NCBI GenBank assembly: GCA_018819345.1
Contig: JAHJQG010000040.1
Coordinates: 1 to 56,662, forward strand
DNA: 56,662 nt
Direction: 5' to 3'
Source: Nanobdellota archaeon
Lineage (GTDB): Archaea; Nanobdellota; Nanobdellia; Woesearchaeales; CG1-02-33-12
Shown piece after piece: positions 19,024 through 28,905 of the stretch (its first letter is position 1; every line of letters starts with the position of its first letter). The notes below the pieces were generated by a model. It saw only the letters and a program-made list of their open reading frames with translations, ran no database searches and was not told where the DNA came from. A program made the translations under genes and the position numbers.

Positions 19024-20118
19024 CTAATCCTTTCCCATTGAATCAAGAAGATTAACAGACCAGAGCATGGCCTCATCAGCATAGTAAAACATTGTTTTAT
19101 AGGGAGTGCCATCTGGGTTAAAGAGCTCAAGATAATTCCCATACTTTTCAACATTTCTAACATACTGGCCAATGTATTCCCTTGCCTTTTCCTTATCAAT
19201 CTTTTTAACAACATCAATAAAGCACTGGCCAAGATTTGTCCAGATAGTATTGCCCTCATAATTAGGAACTAAAATACTATACAAGAGCAAATAATTTCCA
19301 ACCTGCTCTTTTGTATATTTCAAAGGAAATGGCTTGTCTAGACCATCCCTTTGTATTGACTCAAATGATAATTTAATCATTTTCTTTGAATCAAACAATC
19401 CGGTCCAGTAGGGAAAAACATTTGCATCTCCTGCTATATAATCAAGACCAGATAAATCATCCAGAAAATAATTTCCTGTCCAGAAATTATCTTTTATTAT
19501 TTTTTTGAAATTATAGCTTTTGAAAGGATTATACAAGCCAAAATAATCAATGTCATTGTTTAGCATAGCAATCATTGAATTATTATAAACAGAAGAGCTT
19601 CTTAATGCATTATCTTTCATTGAGGAAAAATAAGCATTCTTTTTTATCAATCCAGTATCAGTGTTAAATGATTTAAAAAAAGCCTTTCTTATTTCTTTTT
19701 CTAAAAAAAACCTATGCTTGAACAAGAGCTCTTTTGCATCAGCTAATCTTATTGAATGGATGAGATAAGCAACTGACTCTGGAGTATAATATGGAAAGTC
19801 AAAAACAGAACCATGATAGATTGTAGTAGTTACCTTATTACTCCTTGAATAAGTATCTAATGCAAATTCAAGTGTTTTAACAACTTTATCCCTATAACCA
19901 AGATTCAATAATGCCTGCACACTTATTCCAAAATCCCTTATATAAAAACAGGAAAAATGTCCAGCACTTGCCTGAAAAAACCTCTTGTTCCAGCAGTCAT
20001 TAATTGCTTGCCTTAATATCTGCTTTGTATTTCCATTATATTTTCTTATGCCCCCTAACCTAACCTTAACAGACCTCTTAAAAACACCAAGCCCTTTTTT
20101 CAGGAGGATAAGTTTCAT
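19024..20118 (-). CDS. (alpha/alpha)6 six-hairpin glycoside hydrolase-like protein
   Basis: FYIRDFG, YEGNTIWTNLG and YLELFNPDG motifs. Confidence 0.6.
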   Translation of the reverse strand: MKLILLKKGLGVFKRSVKVRLGGIRKYNGNTKQILRQAINDCWNKRFFQASAGHFSCFYIRDFGISVQALLNLGYRDKVVKTLEFALDTYSRSNKVTTTIYHGSVFDFPYYTPESVAYLIHSIRLADAKELLFKHRFFLEKEIRKAFFKSFNTDTGLIKKNAYFSSMKDNALRSSSVYNNSMIAMLNNDIDYFGLYNPFKSYNFKKIIKDNFWTGNYFLDDLSGLDYIAGDANVFPYWTGLFDSKKMIKLSFESIQRDGLDKPFPLKYTKEQVGNYLLLYSILVPNYEGNTIWTNLGQCFIDVVKKIDKEKAREYIGQYVRNVEKYGNYLELFNPDGTPYKTMFYYADEAMLWSVNLLDSMGKD

Positions 20119-20171
20119 TTTTTTTAGATTATTATTTATTTAAGTGATTATTTTTTTAATACTGCTAATTT

Positions 20172-21170
20172 TTATTTATTGTTCCCTGCTATATTCTTAA
20201 ATTTAATCTTGTGCAAGGCAAGGTATGACAACCCCAAAAATACCCATATCATGTCCCTGCCCCTGATAATAATACTAAGTGCAAGTCCTATACCTTTGCT
20301 TACTCTCAGGATAGCAGATGCAGATGACTGTCCAAATTCCAAAGCACCGAGAGCAGCAGGCACTGGAATTATGTAGGCAAGGCCAACAAGAGACAGCACT
20401 ATGAAGATAGCTACAAATGATGCATTATAGCCCAATAAAAGCAATGCCAGCTTATATTCAAAAAACATCAAAATCCATACCAAAAGAAAAACAAGCGAGG
20501 TATCCCTGAATCCTTTTTTGTTGTACTTAAAAAAGTAAATCAAATGCAATTCCATGCCCTTGATGTCTTTTTCATATTTTTTAGTAAGCTTCCATTTATT
20601 AAGCCTGAGCAGCCTGAAGCATGTTGTAAAAAACCCCTTTTCTGTTATGGTTAAATGATAAAAAGAATATATTGCAGCAGCCATTGCAAAAAAGCTCAAA
20701 ACCATAAGGGTTGCTGTTCTTTCTGAGACAGTGAAATTAGCTAAAATAATAAGTATGGTTATGCATGCAAAAAATCCATTGAGACTTAAGTCAAGTGATT
20801 TATCAATAACAACAGAGGATAATGCTTTTTTAAATGGAATATTATGGTTGGTTTTAAGCAGGTATGCCCTTACAGGCTCGCCACCCATATGAGCAGCAGG
20901 GGTTACATAACTCACTCCAAAACCAGCCAGTTTATATATAAAAAGTTTTGGAAAAGGTATTTTGCAACCCTGGGATTTTAAAATTATGCTCCACTTGAGC
21001 GTATGCAGAAGCATCATTATTATTGATACTATTATAAACAATATAAGCTTGTCAAAAGAGAAATAGCTGAAAGCCTTTAATATTTCCTCAACCTTAATAT
21101 ACCAAAAAAGGAATATTACTATAATAATTCCGATTATTGCAGATAATAATTCTGATTTTATTTTTCTCAT
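20172..21170 (-). CDS. Lysylphosphatidylglycerol synthase TM / AglD2-like flippase-domain membrane protein
   Basis: VTPAAHMGGEPVRAYLL and PVPAALGALE; start moved to ATG 21170 because the ORF-track start overlaps the tRNA. Confidence 0.85.
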   Translation of the reverse strand: MRKIKSELLSAIIGIIIVIFLFWYIKVEEILKAFSYFSFDKLILFIIVSIIMMLLHTLKWSIILKSQGCKIPFPKLFIYKLAGFGVSYVTPAAHMGGEPVRAYLLKTNHNIPFKKALSSVVIDKSLDLSLNGFFACITILIILANFTVSERTATLMVLSFFAMAAAIYSFYHLTITEKGFFTTCFRLLRLNKWKLTKKYEKDIKGMELHLIYFFKYNKKGFRDTSLVFLLVWILMFFEYKLALLLLGYNASFVAIFIVLSLVGLAYIIPVPAALGALEFGQSSASAILRVSKGIGLALSIIIRGRDMIWVFLGLSYLALHKIKFKNIAGNNK

Positions 21171-21179
21171 TTTAAAAAA

Positions 21180-21344
21180 CGAGCCTGCCGGGACTTTCAC
21201 AATGGTTGCGAGCGAAGCGAGCTAAGGGGGTTTGGCTTTTAAGCCAAACCCTCTGTTGCGTATCAAATGCGCGTAACCATTTGTTCGAACCCGGGATCTA
21301 CAGCTTAGGAGGCTGTCACCCTATCCAGACTAGGCTACAGGCTC
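21180..21344 (-). tRNA. tRNA-Arg(CCU) with a 90-nt intron in the T-loop (position 59/60)
   Basis: Acceptor GAGCCTG/CAGGCTC-G, anticodon arm ACAGC-CTCCTAA-GCTGT; removing 21194-21283 gives CCGGG-TTCGAAT-CCCGG and a 75-nt tRNA. Confidence 0.92.
21194..21283 (-). other. Non-canonical tRNA intron with a BHB motif
   Basis: TTCG/TGAA central helix, bulges AA^C and AG^T, intron stem AATGGTT/AACCATT, internal hairpin GGGTTTGGCTT-AA-AAGCCAAACCC. Confidence 0.85.
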
Positions 21345-21397
21345 ATAAGCCAGGAAAAATATGAAGCTTTATTAATGTTTTGTGTTTTTATACTTGC

Positions 21398-22450
21398 ATG
21401 TATGTAATAAAACAGGTTCCAGAAGATTTTATAGTAAAAGAGGTAAATGATATTGAATTAAAGGAAAATGGGAATTACAGTTATTTTATTCTTAAAAAAA
21501 AGAACTACACAACAGAAAAAGCTGTTTCAACTATTACACATTACCTAAAAATAGATAGAAGGAAAATAGGATATGCTGGCTCAAAGGACAAAAATGCTAT
21601 AACAGAGCAGATGATTTCTATACAATGGTTTAACAAAACAAAGGATATTGAATTAAAAGACATTGAGCTTATTTACAAAGGCATGGGTAATGAAAGACTT
21701 AGTTTAGGTGATTTAAAGGAAAATAAATTCACTATAACAGTAAGAAACCTAAACAAAGAAGAAATTAAAATCAATTCAGATGTTCTCTCAGTCCCAAATT
21801 ATTTTGATGAGCAGAGGTTCAGCAAAAACAATTATTTAATAGGAAAATCAATACTGAAAAAGGACTTCAAGAAAGCAGTTGGTTTGATTTTAGAAGATTC
21901 TTCTGAAAAAACATCTTGTTTTGAAGAAGATGTAAAAGAGCATATTTCAAAATCACCCAATGACTTTGTTGGCGCAATAAAAAAAGTTCCAAAGAAAATA
22001 AGAATGATGTATGTCCATGCTTTCCAAAGTTTAATATTCAACAAAACAGTTTCTGAGTTAATAATGTCAGAAACAGAAGATTACAAGGAAGTTAATTATT
22101 CACAAGGGATTTTTGTTTTTCCAAATAAAGACCTAAATAACATCAAAATACCAATAGTTGGTTTTGGAACTGAATTCAAAGACAATAAATTAAAGGAAAT
22201 CTCATTGAAACTTCTTAAAGAGGAAGGAATAACTTTAAGGGACTTCATTGTAAGAGGGATGCCAGAACTTGCCTCAGAGGGAGATGAAAGAAATATGTTT
22301 GTAAAAGCAGAAAAATTAAACATAAAAACAGAAGATGATGAGCTAAACAAAAACAAAAAGAAATGCATTATATCATTCACGCTTCCAAAAGGCTCTTATG
22401 CAACAATAATTATTAAGAAAATTTTTAGTTATACACCCAAAACCAAATAA
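21398..22450 (+). CDS. truD: tRNA pseudouridine(13) synthase
   Basis: KQVPEDFIVKE, GYAGSKDKNAITEQ, PNYFDEQRF, FTLPKGSYAT. Confidence 0.93.
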   Translation: MYVIKQVPEDFIVKEVNDIELKENGNYSYFILKKKNYTTEKAVSTITHYLKIDRRKIGYAGSKDKNAITEQMISIQWFNKTKDIELKDIELIYKGMGNERLSLGDLKENKFTITVRNLNKEEIKINSDVLSVPNYFDEQRFSKNNYLIGKSILKKDFKKAVGLILEDSSEKTSCFEEDVKEHISKSPNDFVGAIKKVPKKIRMMYVHAFQSLIFNKTVSELIMSETEDYKEVNYSQGIFVFPNKDLNNIKIPIVGFGTEFKDNKLKEISLKLLKEEGITLRDFIVRGMPELASEGDERNMFVKAEKLNIKTEDDELNKNKKKCIISFTLPKGSYATIIIKKIFSYTPKTK

Positions 22451-22508
22451 GAGTACAACTTGTTCATTAAAAGAAAGCTTTATATTTAGGCTAGTTTTTC
22501 AATATTGC

Positions 22509-23105
22509 ATGATTAAAGCAATAATTTTTGATTATGGCGGAGTATTGTCTGTTGAAGGCAGTCTTAGTTCTTTTGGTGAAATATATGCACCTAAATTAGG
22601 GGTAGATCCTGAAGAATTAAAAAGAGTGATTATTGATAATTGGTTCAAAGCAAGAATAAGCAAGATGGATTCAAAATTGTTCTGGCTAAATATTTCTAAA
22701 TTCCTGGAAATAGACCAGAAAATCCTTAGAAAAGATTTACTGGAATTTTCCGGATTTAATCATGAAGTTTTAGACCTGATTAAAAAATTAAAAAAGAACT
22801 ATAAAGTAGGCTTGCTATCCAACCAAATAGAAGACTGGTTAGAAGAGATTATTGCTGAACATAAACTAAATGAGGTTTTTGATGTAATTACAACATCATA
22901 TAAATCAAAAATAGCAAAACCAGATATTTCTATTTTCAAAGAAATAGTTGAACAATTAGGTGTTAATCCAACTGAATGCATTTATATAGATGATTTGGAA
23001 AAAAACATTCAACCTGCAAAGGAATTAGGAATGAAGATGATTTTATTTAAAAATTTTGAACAATTAAAAAAAGAACTTATTTCTTTTTCAATAAAAATAG
23101 ACTAA
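22509..23105 (+). CDS. HAD-superfamily hydrolase (YihX-like)
   Basis: IIFDYGGVL, LLSN, KPD, YIDD motifs. Confidence 0.88.
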   Translation: MIKAIIFDYGGVLSVEGSLSSFGEIYAPKLGVDPEELKRVIIDNWFKARISKMDSKLFWLNISKFLEIDQKILRKDLLEFSGFNHEVLDLIKKLKKNYKVGLLSNQIEDWLEEIIAEHKLNEVFDVITTSYKSKIAKPDISIFKEIVEQLGVNPTECIYIDDLEKNIQPAKELGMKMILFKNFEQLKKELISFSIKID

Positions 23106-23112
23106 CCAGATT

Positions 23113-23751
23113 TTATTCATCCAATGCCTTTCTGGCATCAGCTATTATCTCATCAACCTGCTCAAAAGGCCTGTTAGCATCAATATCTGCAAGAAGGCCT
23201 TTTTCTTTGTAATATTCTATTAAAGGTTCTGTCTGTTTTTTGTAAACATCAAGCCTTTTTTTAATTGAGTCCGGCTTGTCGTCATCCCTCTGGATAAGTT
23301 TTCCATTACATTCATCACAAACACCCTCTGTTTTTGGAGGAATATTCTTAATATGGAATATAGCTCCACATTCAATGCAAACCCTTCTGCCAGACAACCT
23401 GCTAATTATTATCTCTTCTGAAGCTGTGAAATTCAGCACCTTATCAATAACAACTATATTAGAAAGTGCATCTGCCTGTGCTATTGTCCTTGGAAAGCCA
23501 TCAAACATAAAGCCGTTTTTGCAGTCATCCTGCTTTAGCCTTTGCTCAACAATTTTTATTGTGACATCATCGGGCACAAGATTGCCCTTATCATAATATG
23601 TTTTGGCAAGCAAGCCAATCTCTGTTTTGTTCTTAATAGCTTCCCTGAACATATCTCCTGTTGAAATCTGTGGAATATTATATATTTTTGATATTCTCTC
23701 TGCATAAGTTCCCTTGCCAACACCTGGTGAGCCCAATAACACAATATTCAT
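23113..23751 (-). CDS. adk: Adenylate kinase (bacterial type, Zn-lid)
   Basis: GSPGVGKGT, STGDMFR, DGFPRT, CxxC...CxxC lid. Confidence 0.95.
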   Translation of the reverse strand: MNIVLLGSPGVGKGTYAERISKIYNIPQISTGDMFREAIKNKTEIGLLAKTYYDKGNLVPDDVTIKIVEQRLKQDDCKNGFMFDGFPRTIAQADALSNIVVIDKVLNFTASEEIIISRLSGRRVCIECGAIFHIKNIPPKTEGVCDECNGKLIQRDDDKPDSIKKRLDVYKKQTEPLIEYYKEKGLLADIDANRPFEQVDEIIADARKALDE

Positions 23752-23752
23752 C

Positions 23753-24217
23753 TTAACCAAAATACCTCGCTTTGTATTCTTTTGTTGATTCTTTTTCCCA
23801 AAAATTCTTTATCTTTTTAATAAAACCGGTTGTCTCAATTCTTATTTTGTTCCATGAGCTAAAAAAATTATTAATAAAATCAGCATCATTTTTCTCATCA
23901 GGATTTACTGAAAGCTCTAATGCTAATTTTTCAAGCACTTTAATCCTTTTGTACAATTCAAATATCTTTTTTCTTTCATCATCATCAAATGCCTTATACT
24001 CATAAATGTTTGCTATGCTGTTGTCAGGGCTTAACAAATCCTCTAAGAACTCACACATTGCATTTATTTTATCAGCTATCTTTTTCCTTATTTTTCTAAG
24101 CAAGAATTCTTCACACTCTATAGTTGATATCTCAAACTCATGGTTTAGTTCATTAAAATCAGGAAGAGTATGCTTCGCTTTCAGTTCATCATATTTCCTC
24201 TTTATTTTTTGTTCCAT
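23753..24217 (-). CDS. Hypothetical protein
   Basis: 154-aa helical ORF co-oriented with adk. Confidence 0.7.
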   Translation of the reverse strand: MEQKIKRKYDELKAKHTLPDFNELNHEFEISTIECEEFLLRKIRKKIADKINAMCEFLEDLLSPDNSIANIYEYKAFDDDERKKIFELYKRIKVLEKLALELSVNPDEKNDADFINNFFSSWNKIRIETTGFIKKIKNFWEKESTKEYKARYFG

Positions 24218-24230
24218 TTTTAAAAGTAAA

Positions 24231-24303
24231 AGCCTCGGAGGGGAGTCGAACCCCCGACCTGCGGATTACAAGTCCGCCGCTATAGCCACTAAGCCACCGA
24301 GGC
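24231..24303 (-). tRNA. tRNA-Thr(UGU)
   Basis: GCCTCGG/CCGAGGC acceptor, anticodon arm GCGGA-CTTGTAA-TCCGC, T-loop TTCGACT. Confidence 0.95.
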
Positions 24304-24371
24304 ATAAAACCTAGTGGTAAGCTGATAATATATATAGTTTTCTGTTAAAATCAAGGAAAATTTTATATCAT

Positions 24372-24512
24372 AAAAATCCACAGTGGATTTTTAGGACACA
24401 AGGAAAACTTAGTTTTCCAGTGTGCCAAAAATGCAGAGCATTTTTGAGCATGCCAGAAATGCTCATCATTATACTAAAGTATGCGGTTTTCGCAAGCATT
24501 TCTGTGCATAAT
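24372..24512. repeat. Multi-hairpin palindromic (REP/MITE-like) element
   Basis: AAAAATCCAC/GTGGATTTTT, GGAAAACT/AGTTTTCC, CAAAAATGC/GCATTTTTG, CAGAAATGC...GCATTTCTG; the 3' end GGTTTTCGCAAGCATTTCTGTGCATAAT recurs at about 15717-15744. Confidence 0.8.
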
Positions 24513-24556
24513 ACTTTTAGGAGTAAAAACAAAATATTTAAATATAACCTATAATT

Positions 24557-24572
24557 AGTATCAATTGATACT
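24557..24572. promoter_or_regulatory. Perfect 16-bp palindrome AGTATCAATTGATACT between the TATA box and the start of the wHTH-MNT gene; probable operator
   Basis: Direct reading. Confidence 0.6.
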
Positions 24573-24591
24573 ATTAGTAGTATAATTTAAA

Positions 24592-25200
24592 ATGTTTACA
24601 AGAACCCAAGAACAAATTTTGATTTTTTTATTAAGCAAACCAGAAGAGCAGCTTACAATTAGAGGTATTGCGAAAAGACTGGGCAAATCATACACATTAG
24701 TTTATAATAATATTGCTAAACTAGAGAAGGAAAGCATTATTAGGAAACAAAATGTTCCTCCTGGGCAGATTATAACATTAAATGAATTTGCACCCACAGA
24801 AATTTTTGTTGATATTGAACTAAAAAGAAAAAAAGAATTCCTAAAAAAATATCCATGGGTGCAAGTAATGCTTAGGGATATTTTGTTATCTACTAAAAAT
24901 CTTTTTTTTACTCTGCTTGTTTTTGGCTCTTATGCTAAAGCAACACAAACAAAGAGTTCTGATTTTGACTTATTAATCATTGTGCAGGACAAAAAAGATA
25001 TAAAGGATGTAGAGTATGCTATAGGGGGGGCTTATACCAAAGTTAAAAAAGGATTGAATTTTGTTGATATAAATGATTTTAAAGAAATGATTAAAAATAC
25101 AAACGAATTGAATATTGGAAATGAAGCAAAAAAACACCACATTGTACTATATGGAGTAGAAGTATACTATCAATTGCTAGAAAGGATTTATAAAAGATGA
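24592..25200 (+). CDS. wHTH-MNT nucleotidyltransferase (antitoxin-like)
   Basis: N-terminal HTH, VFGSYAK...SDFDLLII. Confidence 0.85.
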   Translation: MFTRTQEQILIFLLSKPEEQLTIRGIAKRLGKSYTLVYNNIAKLEKESIIRKQNVPPGQIITLNEFAPTEIFVDIELKRKKEFLKKYPWVQVMLRDILLSTKNLFFTLLVFGSYAKATQTKSSDFDLLIIVQDKKDIKDVEYAIGGAYTKVKKGLNFVDINDFKEMIKNTNELNIGNEAKKHHIVLYGVEVYYQLLERIYKR

Positions 25201-25823
25201 AAGTAAATGATGTAATAAAAAATAAAATTAAAATTGCTGAAAAAAGAGTCCTAGAACTTGTTAAAGCAGGCAATCTAAAGAAGCTCTCTGAAACAGAAAA
25301 ACATCAAATAAGCAGATTCTATGAAGAGAAAAGTAAGAATAGGTTAGAAACAGCAAAGATTATCTATAATGCCTCAAAAGGCTCATATAAAGAAGGAATT
25401 AGTGAGGGATACAAAGATTATGCAGAAGTTGTAGCTGCAGCCTATTATTCTATGTATTATATTGTTCATGCATTTTTAGCATTAAAATATAAAACAAAAC
25501 TTAGAGAAGGTTTAAGGGGCGTTCACGCAATAACTGAACACATTATACTCTACTATCTTGTTAAGACTAAAAAATTAGCAAAACACCTTTATGAAGAATA
25601 TTTAAAGACCTATGAAACCACTGCTCAAATTCAAAAATTTAATGTAGAGGATTTTCAAGAACAGGCCTATAAATATGCTAAACAATATGATGAAAGCCGA
25701 ACTGCAAGAGAAATATTCACTTATAATGTTACACCAAGTGTAGAAGAGTATAATACCAAGCAAGCAATTAGTGCTGCAGAAGAATTTATTAATACTATAA
25801 GGCAAGTTATGATTCAAAAATAA
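25197..25823 (+). CDS. HEPN domain protein
   Basis: AAYYSMYYIVHAFL and RTAREIFTY; ATGA overlap with the MNT gene. Confidence 0.8.
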   Translation: MKVNDVIKNKIKIAEKRVLELVKAGNLKKLSETEKHQISRFYEEKSKNRLETAKIIYNASKGSYKEGISEGYKDYAEVVAAAYYSMYYIVHAFLALKYKTKLREGLRGVHAITEHIILYYLVKTKKLAKHLYEEYLKTYETTAQIQKFNVEDFQEQAYKYAKQYDESRTAREIFTYNVTPSVEEYNTKQAISAAEEFINTIRQVMIQK

Positions 25824-25886
25824 AAAAAGCAAACATTCTTTAATAATAAATGATTAGGTTAGGGTAGCAAGAAAAATTGGGGTTAG

Positions 25887-26828
25887 ATGTTGAAAATGGT
25901 ATTAATATGTAATTATTATGTAAGTATGAGATGTAATTCAAAATGTGAATTCTGTAATATTTGGAATTCCAAAGATAATTCATTGGCGAAATATTCAGAT
26001 TTTGAAAACAACATAAAAGATTTAAAAGCTTTAGGAGTAAAATTAATTGACTTTACGGGTGGAGAACCATTAATGAATCCAGAAATAGATTTGTTCTTAA
26101 AATTAGCAAAAGTATATAAAATTAGAACTGCATTAACAACTAACGCTATTTTATTTCCAAAGAAATGGAGAAAGATACATAATCTCGTTGATATCTTAAG
26201 TTTTTCATTGGATGGTTATAACGAAGATACACATAACAAAATTAGGGGAGTCAATTGCTTCAATAGTTTAATGGAAAGTATTAGTATAGCCCAAAAGGAG
26301 AGATTTAATTTTTATATTATACATACAATTACTAATAAAAATTATAAGAACCTGGGCCGAGTATTATCTTTAGCAAAACAAAAAAAATTTTTAGTAAAAA
26401 TCAATCCTGAGTTCAGTTATTTTAGAAATAGTGGTTTTAATAGAGCTTACATAAGAGAGATTTTAAAATATAAACACCATCCAAACATATTAATTAATTA
26501 TGCTCAATTAAAATTTCTCAAGAAAAATTATGTAAACCCTCCTTGTAAGATAGCAAAAACAAACATTGTAATTAGTTCAAGTAATGAATTAATTTTACCA
26601 TGCTTTCATCATCAAATTAAGAAATTGAAAATAAACTCTAACTTGAAGAAAATTTATAAATCCCCTGAAGTCAGAAAACTTTTAAAAAATGCAGGTAAGT
26701 TTAACTTTTGTAGAGGATGTTCACTTTGGTGTTATTTCGTTCCGTCTTTTTTATATAATATAAATTTTTTTAAAGATAATATAAAATGTGGTATTGATTA
26801 TCTTTTAAAAAAAAGAAGATTAAATTAG
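25887..26828 (+). CDS. Radical SAM protein with a SPASM/twitch domain
   Basis: CNSKCEFC, FTGGEPL, C-terminal CxxC. Confidence 0.9.
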   Translation: MLKMVLICNYYVSMRCNSKCEFCNIWNSKDNSLAKYSDFENNIKDLKALGVKLIDFTGGEPLMNPEIDLFLKLAKVYKIRTALTTNAILFPKKWRKIHNLVDILSFSLDGYNEDTHNKIRGVNCFNSLMESISIAQKERFNFYIIHTITNKNYKNLGRVLSLAKQKKFLVKINPEFSYFRNSGFNRAYIREILKYKHHPNILINYAQLKFLKKNYVNPPCKIAKTNIVISSSNELILPCFHHQIKKLKINSNLKKIYKSPEVRKLLKNAGKFNFCRGCSLWCYFVPSFLYNINFFKDNIKCGIDYLLKKRRLN

Positions 26829-26904
26829 TGGTACAATAATAAAAACTGAAAAATCAAAATAAGTACACTGTAATGATTTAACAACTAAAAATAAAGGCAA
26901 TTTC

Positions 26905-28026
26905 ATGAAAATTGGCATATTCACAAATGTTTACAAGCCAGTCATAAATGGTGTTGTTAATTCGATATCTTCTTTCAAAAAAGGGCTGGAAGAGCTTGGG
27001 CATGATGTTTACATATTTGCCCCAAAACACCCAAATTATAAAGACAATGAAAAAGGAATATTTAGGATTGAATCTATAAGATTATCTTCAAAAGAGAAAT
27101 ACAGGCTGTCGCTTCCAATATTCAGAAAATCACTAAAAGTTATCAAACAACTGGATATTATACATACACAGTATCCATTTATTATGGGAAACTACGGCTC
27201 TTTTTTTGCAGATTGGTATAATAAACCACTGATTTTTACCCACCATACTCAATATGAAAAATATACCCATTATATCCCATTTGAGCAGGAGATAACAAAA
27301 AAATTTACAAGATGGATTGTAAGAGATTATGCCAATAAATGCGATTGTGTAATAGCTCCTTCTGAGAGCATTAAAAAGATGCTTCTAAACCAAGGAATCA
27401 GATCAAGGATTGAGGTTGTTCCAACAGGCATTAACCTAGAGGTTTTTGGAAATCCCAACAGGGAAATTATCAGAAAAAAATACAACCTTGGTCAAGAGCA
27501 AAAACTGCTTTTATATGCCGGAAGGATAGCAAAAGAAAAAAATCTTGAGTTTCTCCTGAAAGCATTTAAGCTTGTTCTTAATAAAAAGCCAAACACTTAT
27601 TTGATGCTTGTCGGTCGTTGCACTAAAAAAAATTATTTAATTGATTTAATCAAAAAACTTCATTTGGAGACAAAGGTTTTTTTAGTTGGGCACTCAAATG
27701 CTGTGCAGAATTATTATGGGGCAGCAGACCTTTTTGTCTTCAGTTCTGTGACTGAAACCCAAGGCCTGGTTTTAGTCGAGGCAATGGCAGCAGGAACACC
27801 TGTTGTTGCAGTTGATTCTCCAGGAATAAGAGAGGTAGTTGATGGAAAAAACGGATTGTTGGCTAAAGAATCCCTGACTGAATTTAGTGAAAAAGTAATC
27901 AAGGTGCTTGATGACAACAAGTTAAGGGAAAAAATGTCTAAGAATGCAAGAAAAACAGCAAGCAATTATTCAATCTCAAAAATGTCCAGAAAAATGCTTA
28001 AAGTCTATAAGTCAGTTTTAAAGTAA
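26905..28026 (+). CDS. GT4 glycosyltransferase (1,2-diacylglycerol 3-glucosyltransferase-like)
   Basis: PVINGVVNS, GRIAKEKN, ETQGLVLVEAMAAG. Confidence 0.9.
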   Translation: MKIGIFTNVYKPVINGVVNSISSFKKGLEELGHDVYIFAPKHPNYKDNEKGIFRIESIRLSSKEKYRLSLPIFRKSLKVIKQLDIIHTQYPFIMGNYGSFFADWYNKPLIFTHHTQYEKYTHYIPFEQEITKKFTRWIVRDYANKCDCVIAPSESIKKMLLNQGIRSRIEVVPTGINLEVFGNPNREIIRKKYNLGQEQKLLLYAGRIAKEKNLEFLLKAFKLVLNKKPNTYLMLVGRCTKKNYLIDLIKKLHLETKVFLVGHSNAVQNYYGAADLFVFSSVTETQGLVLVEAMAAGTPVVAVDSPGIREVVDGKNGLLAKESLTEFSEKVIKVLDDNKLREKMSKNARKTASNYSISKMSRKMLKVYKSVLK

Positions 28027-28878
28027 TTATTTTTTTTCTGCATAAAAAATTCCATATTCCCATAAATTTTCTTTCAAAGCCTTATGTTGAAAATATGCCC
28101 CAATCACATTTTTTGTTTGAAATTTATTTCTAATTCCAAGGAAATTGGAAATATAAGTAACAATAAAACCAGGAAAAGAAGCCAGATACATTCTTTTAGA
28201 TGAATTCATAACCTTATCATTAATTTTTTCATATATTATATTTTTGAATCCTATAGCCTTTGATCTGGTTTTAAAAAATAATGGGGTTTCCAAAGAATCA
28301 ACTGCCCAGCTATTTAACCATTTATTTATTAATTTTTTTTCCTTCTCAGAAAAATTTGATTTTGAGTTAAAACCATCAGCAACAACCAATCTTCCTCTCT
28401 TTTTTAATAATCTATAAGCTTCTCTCAGGAATTTTTCTTTGTTAGAATAACAAACACTTTCTAATGCAAAAATAACATCAAAACTATTTGATTTGAATTT
28501 TGTATTCATGTAATCCTGATTTGAAAAATTAACTAAGGAGCTTACATTAAGCTTTTTTGCAAGTTTTTTGGCTTTATCAACCTGATTCTGGGAAATTGTA
28601 ATTCCTTCAATTTTACAGCCGATTTTTCTAGCAATAAAGATGGAAGTTCCTCCAATTCCGCATCCAGCATCCAGAATTCTGTCGGTTTTTTTTATTTTTG
28701 CTTTTTCTATTATTATTTCATTGAATCTTAAGAGAGACTGGTCAAAATTTTTTACTTTTTCATCCCAGTATCCATAATGAAAAGCATAACTTTTATTCAG
28801 ATGCCAAAGAAGCTTATAGTCAATTTCACAGGAATCATAATATTTGATTATCTGTTCATTATTGGATTTCATATTCAA
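28027..28878 (-). CDS. SAM-dependent methyltransferase (tocopherol/sterol MT-like)
   Basis: FHYGYW, LDAGCGIGG, GITISQNQV. Confidence 0.88.
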   Translation of the reverse strand: MNMKSNNEQIIKYYDSCEIDYKLLWHLNKSYAFHYGYWDEKVKNFDQSLLRFNEIIIEKAKIKKTDRILDAGCGIGGTSIFIARKIGCKIEGITISQNQVDKAKKLAKKLNVSSLVNFSNQDYMNTKFKSNSFDVIFALESVCYSNKEKFLREAYRLLKKRGRLVVADGFNSKSNFSEKEKKLINKWLNSWAVDSLETPLFFKTRSKAIGFKNIIYEKINDKVMNSSKRMYLASFPGFIVTYISNFLGIRNKFQTKNVIGAYFQHKALKENLWEYGIFYAEKK

Positions 28879-28905
28879 TAAGAAAATTTAAATTTAATTA
28901 ATAAA

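Noticed and set aside
24231..25823. Integrative element inserted at tRNA-Thr(UGU)
   Set aside because: The accessory genes lie on the tRNA 5' side, no duplicated tRNA 3' end (att) or integrase is visible, and the similarity to 43979-44052 is a complete second tRNA-Thr.
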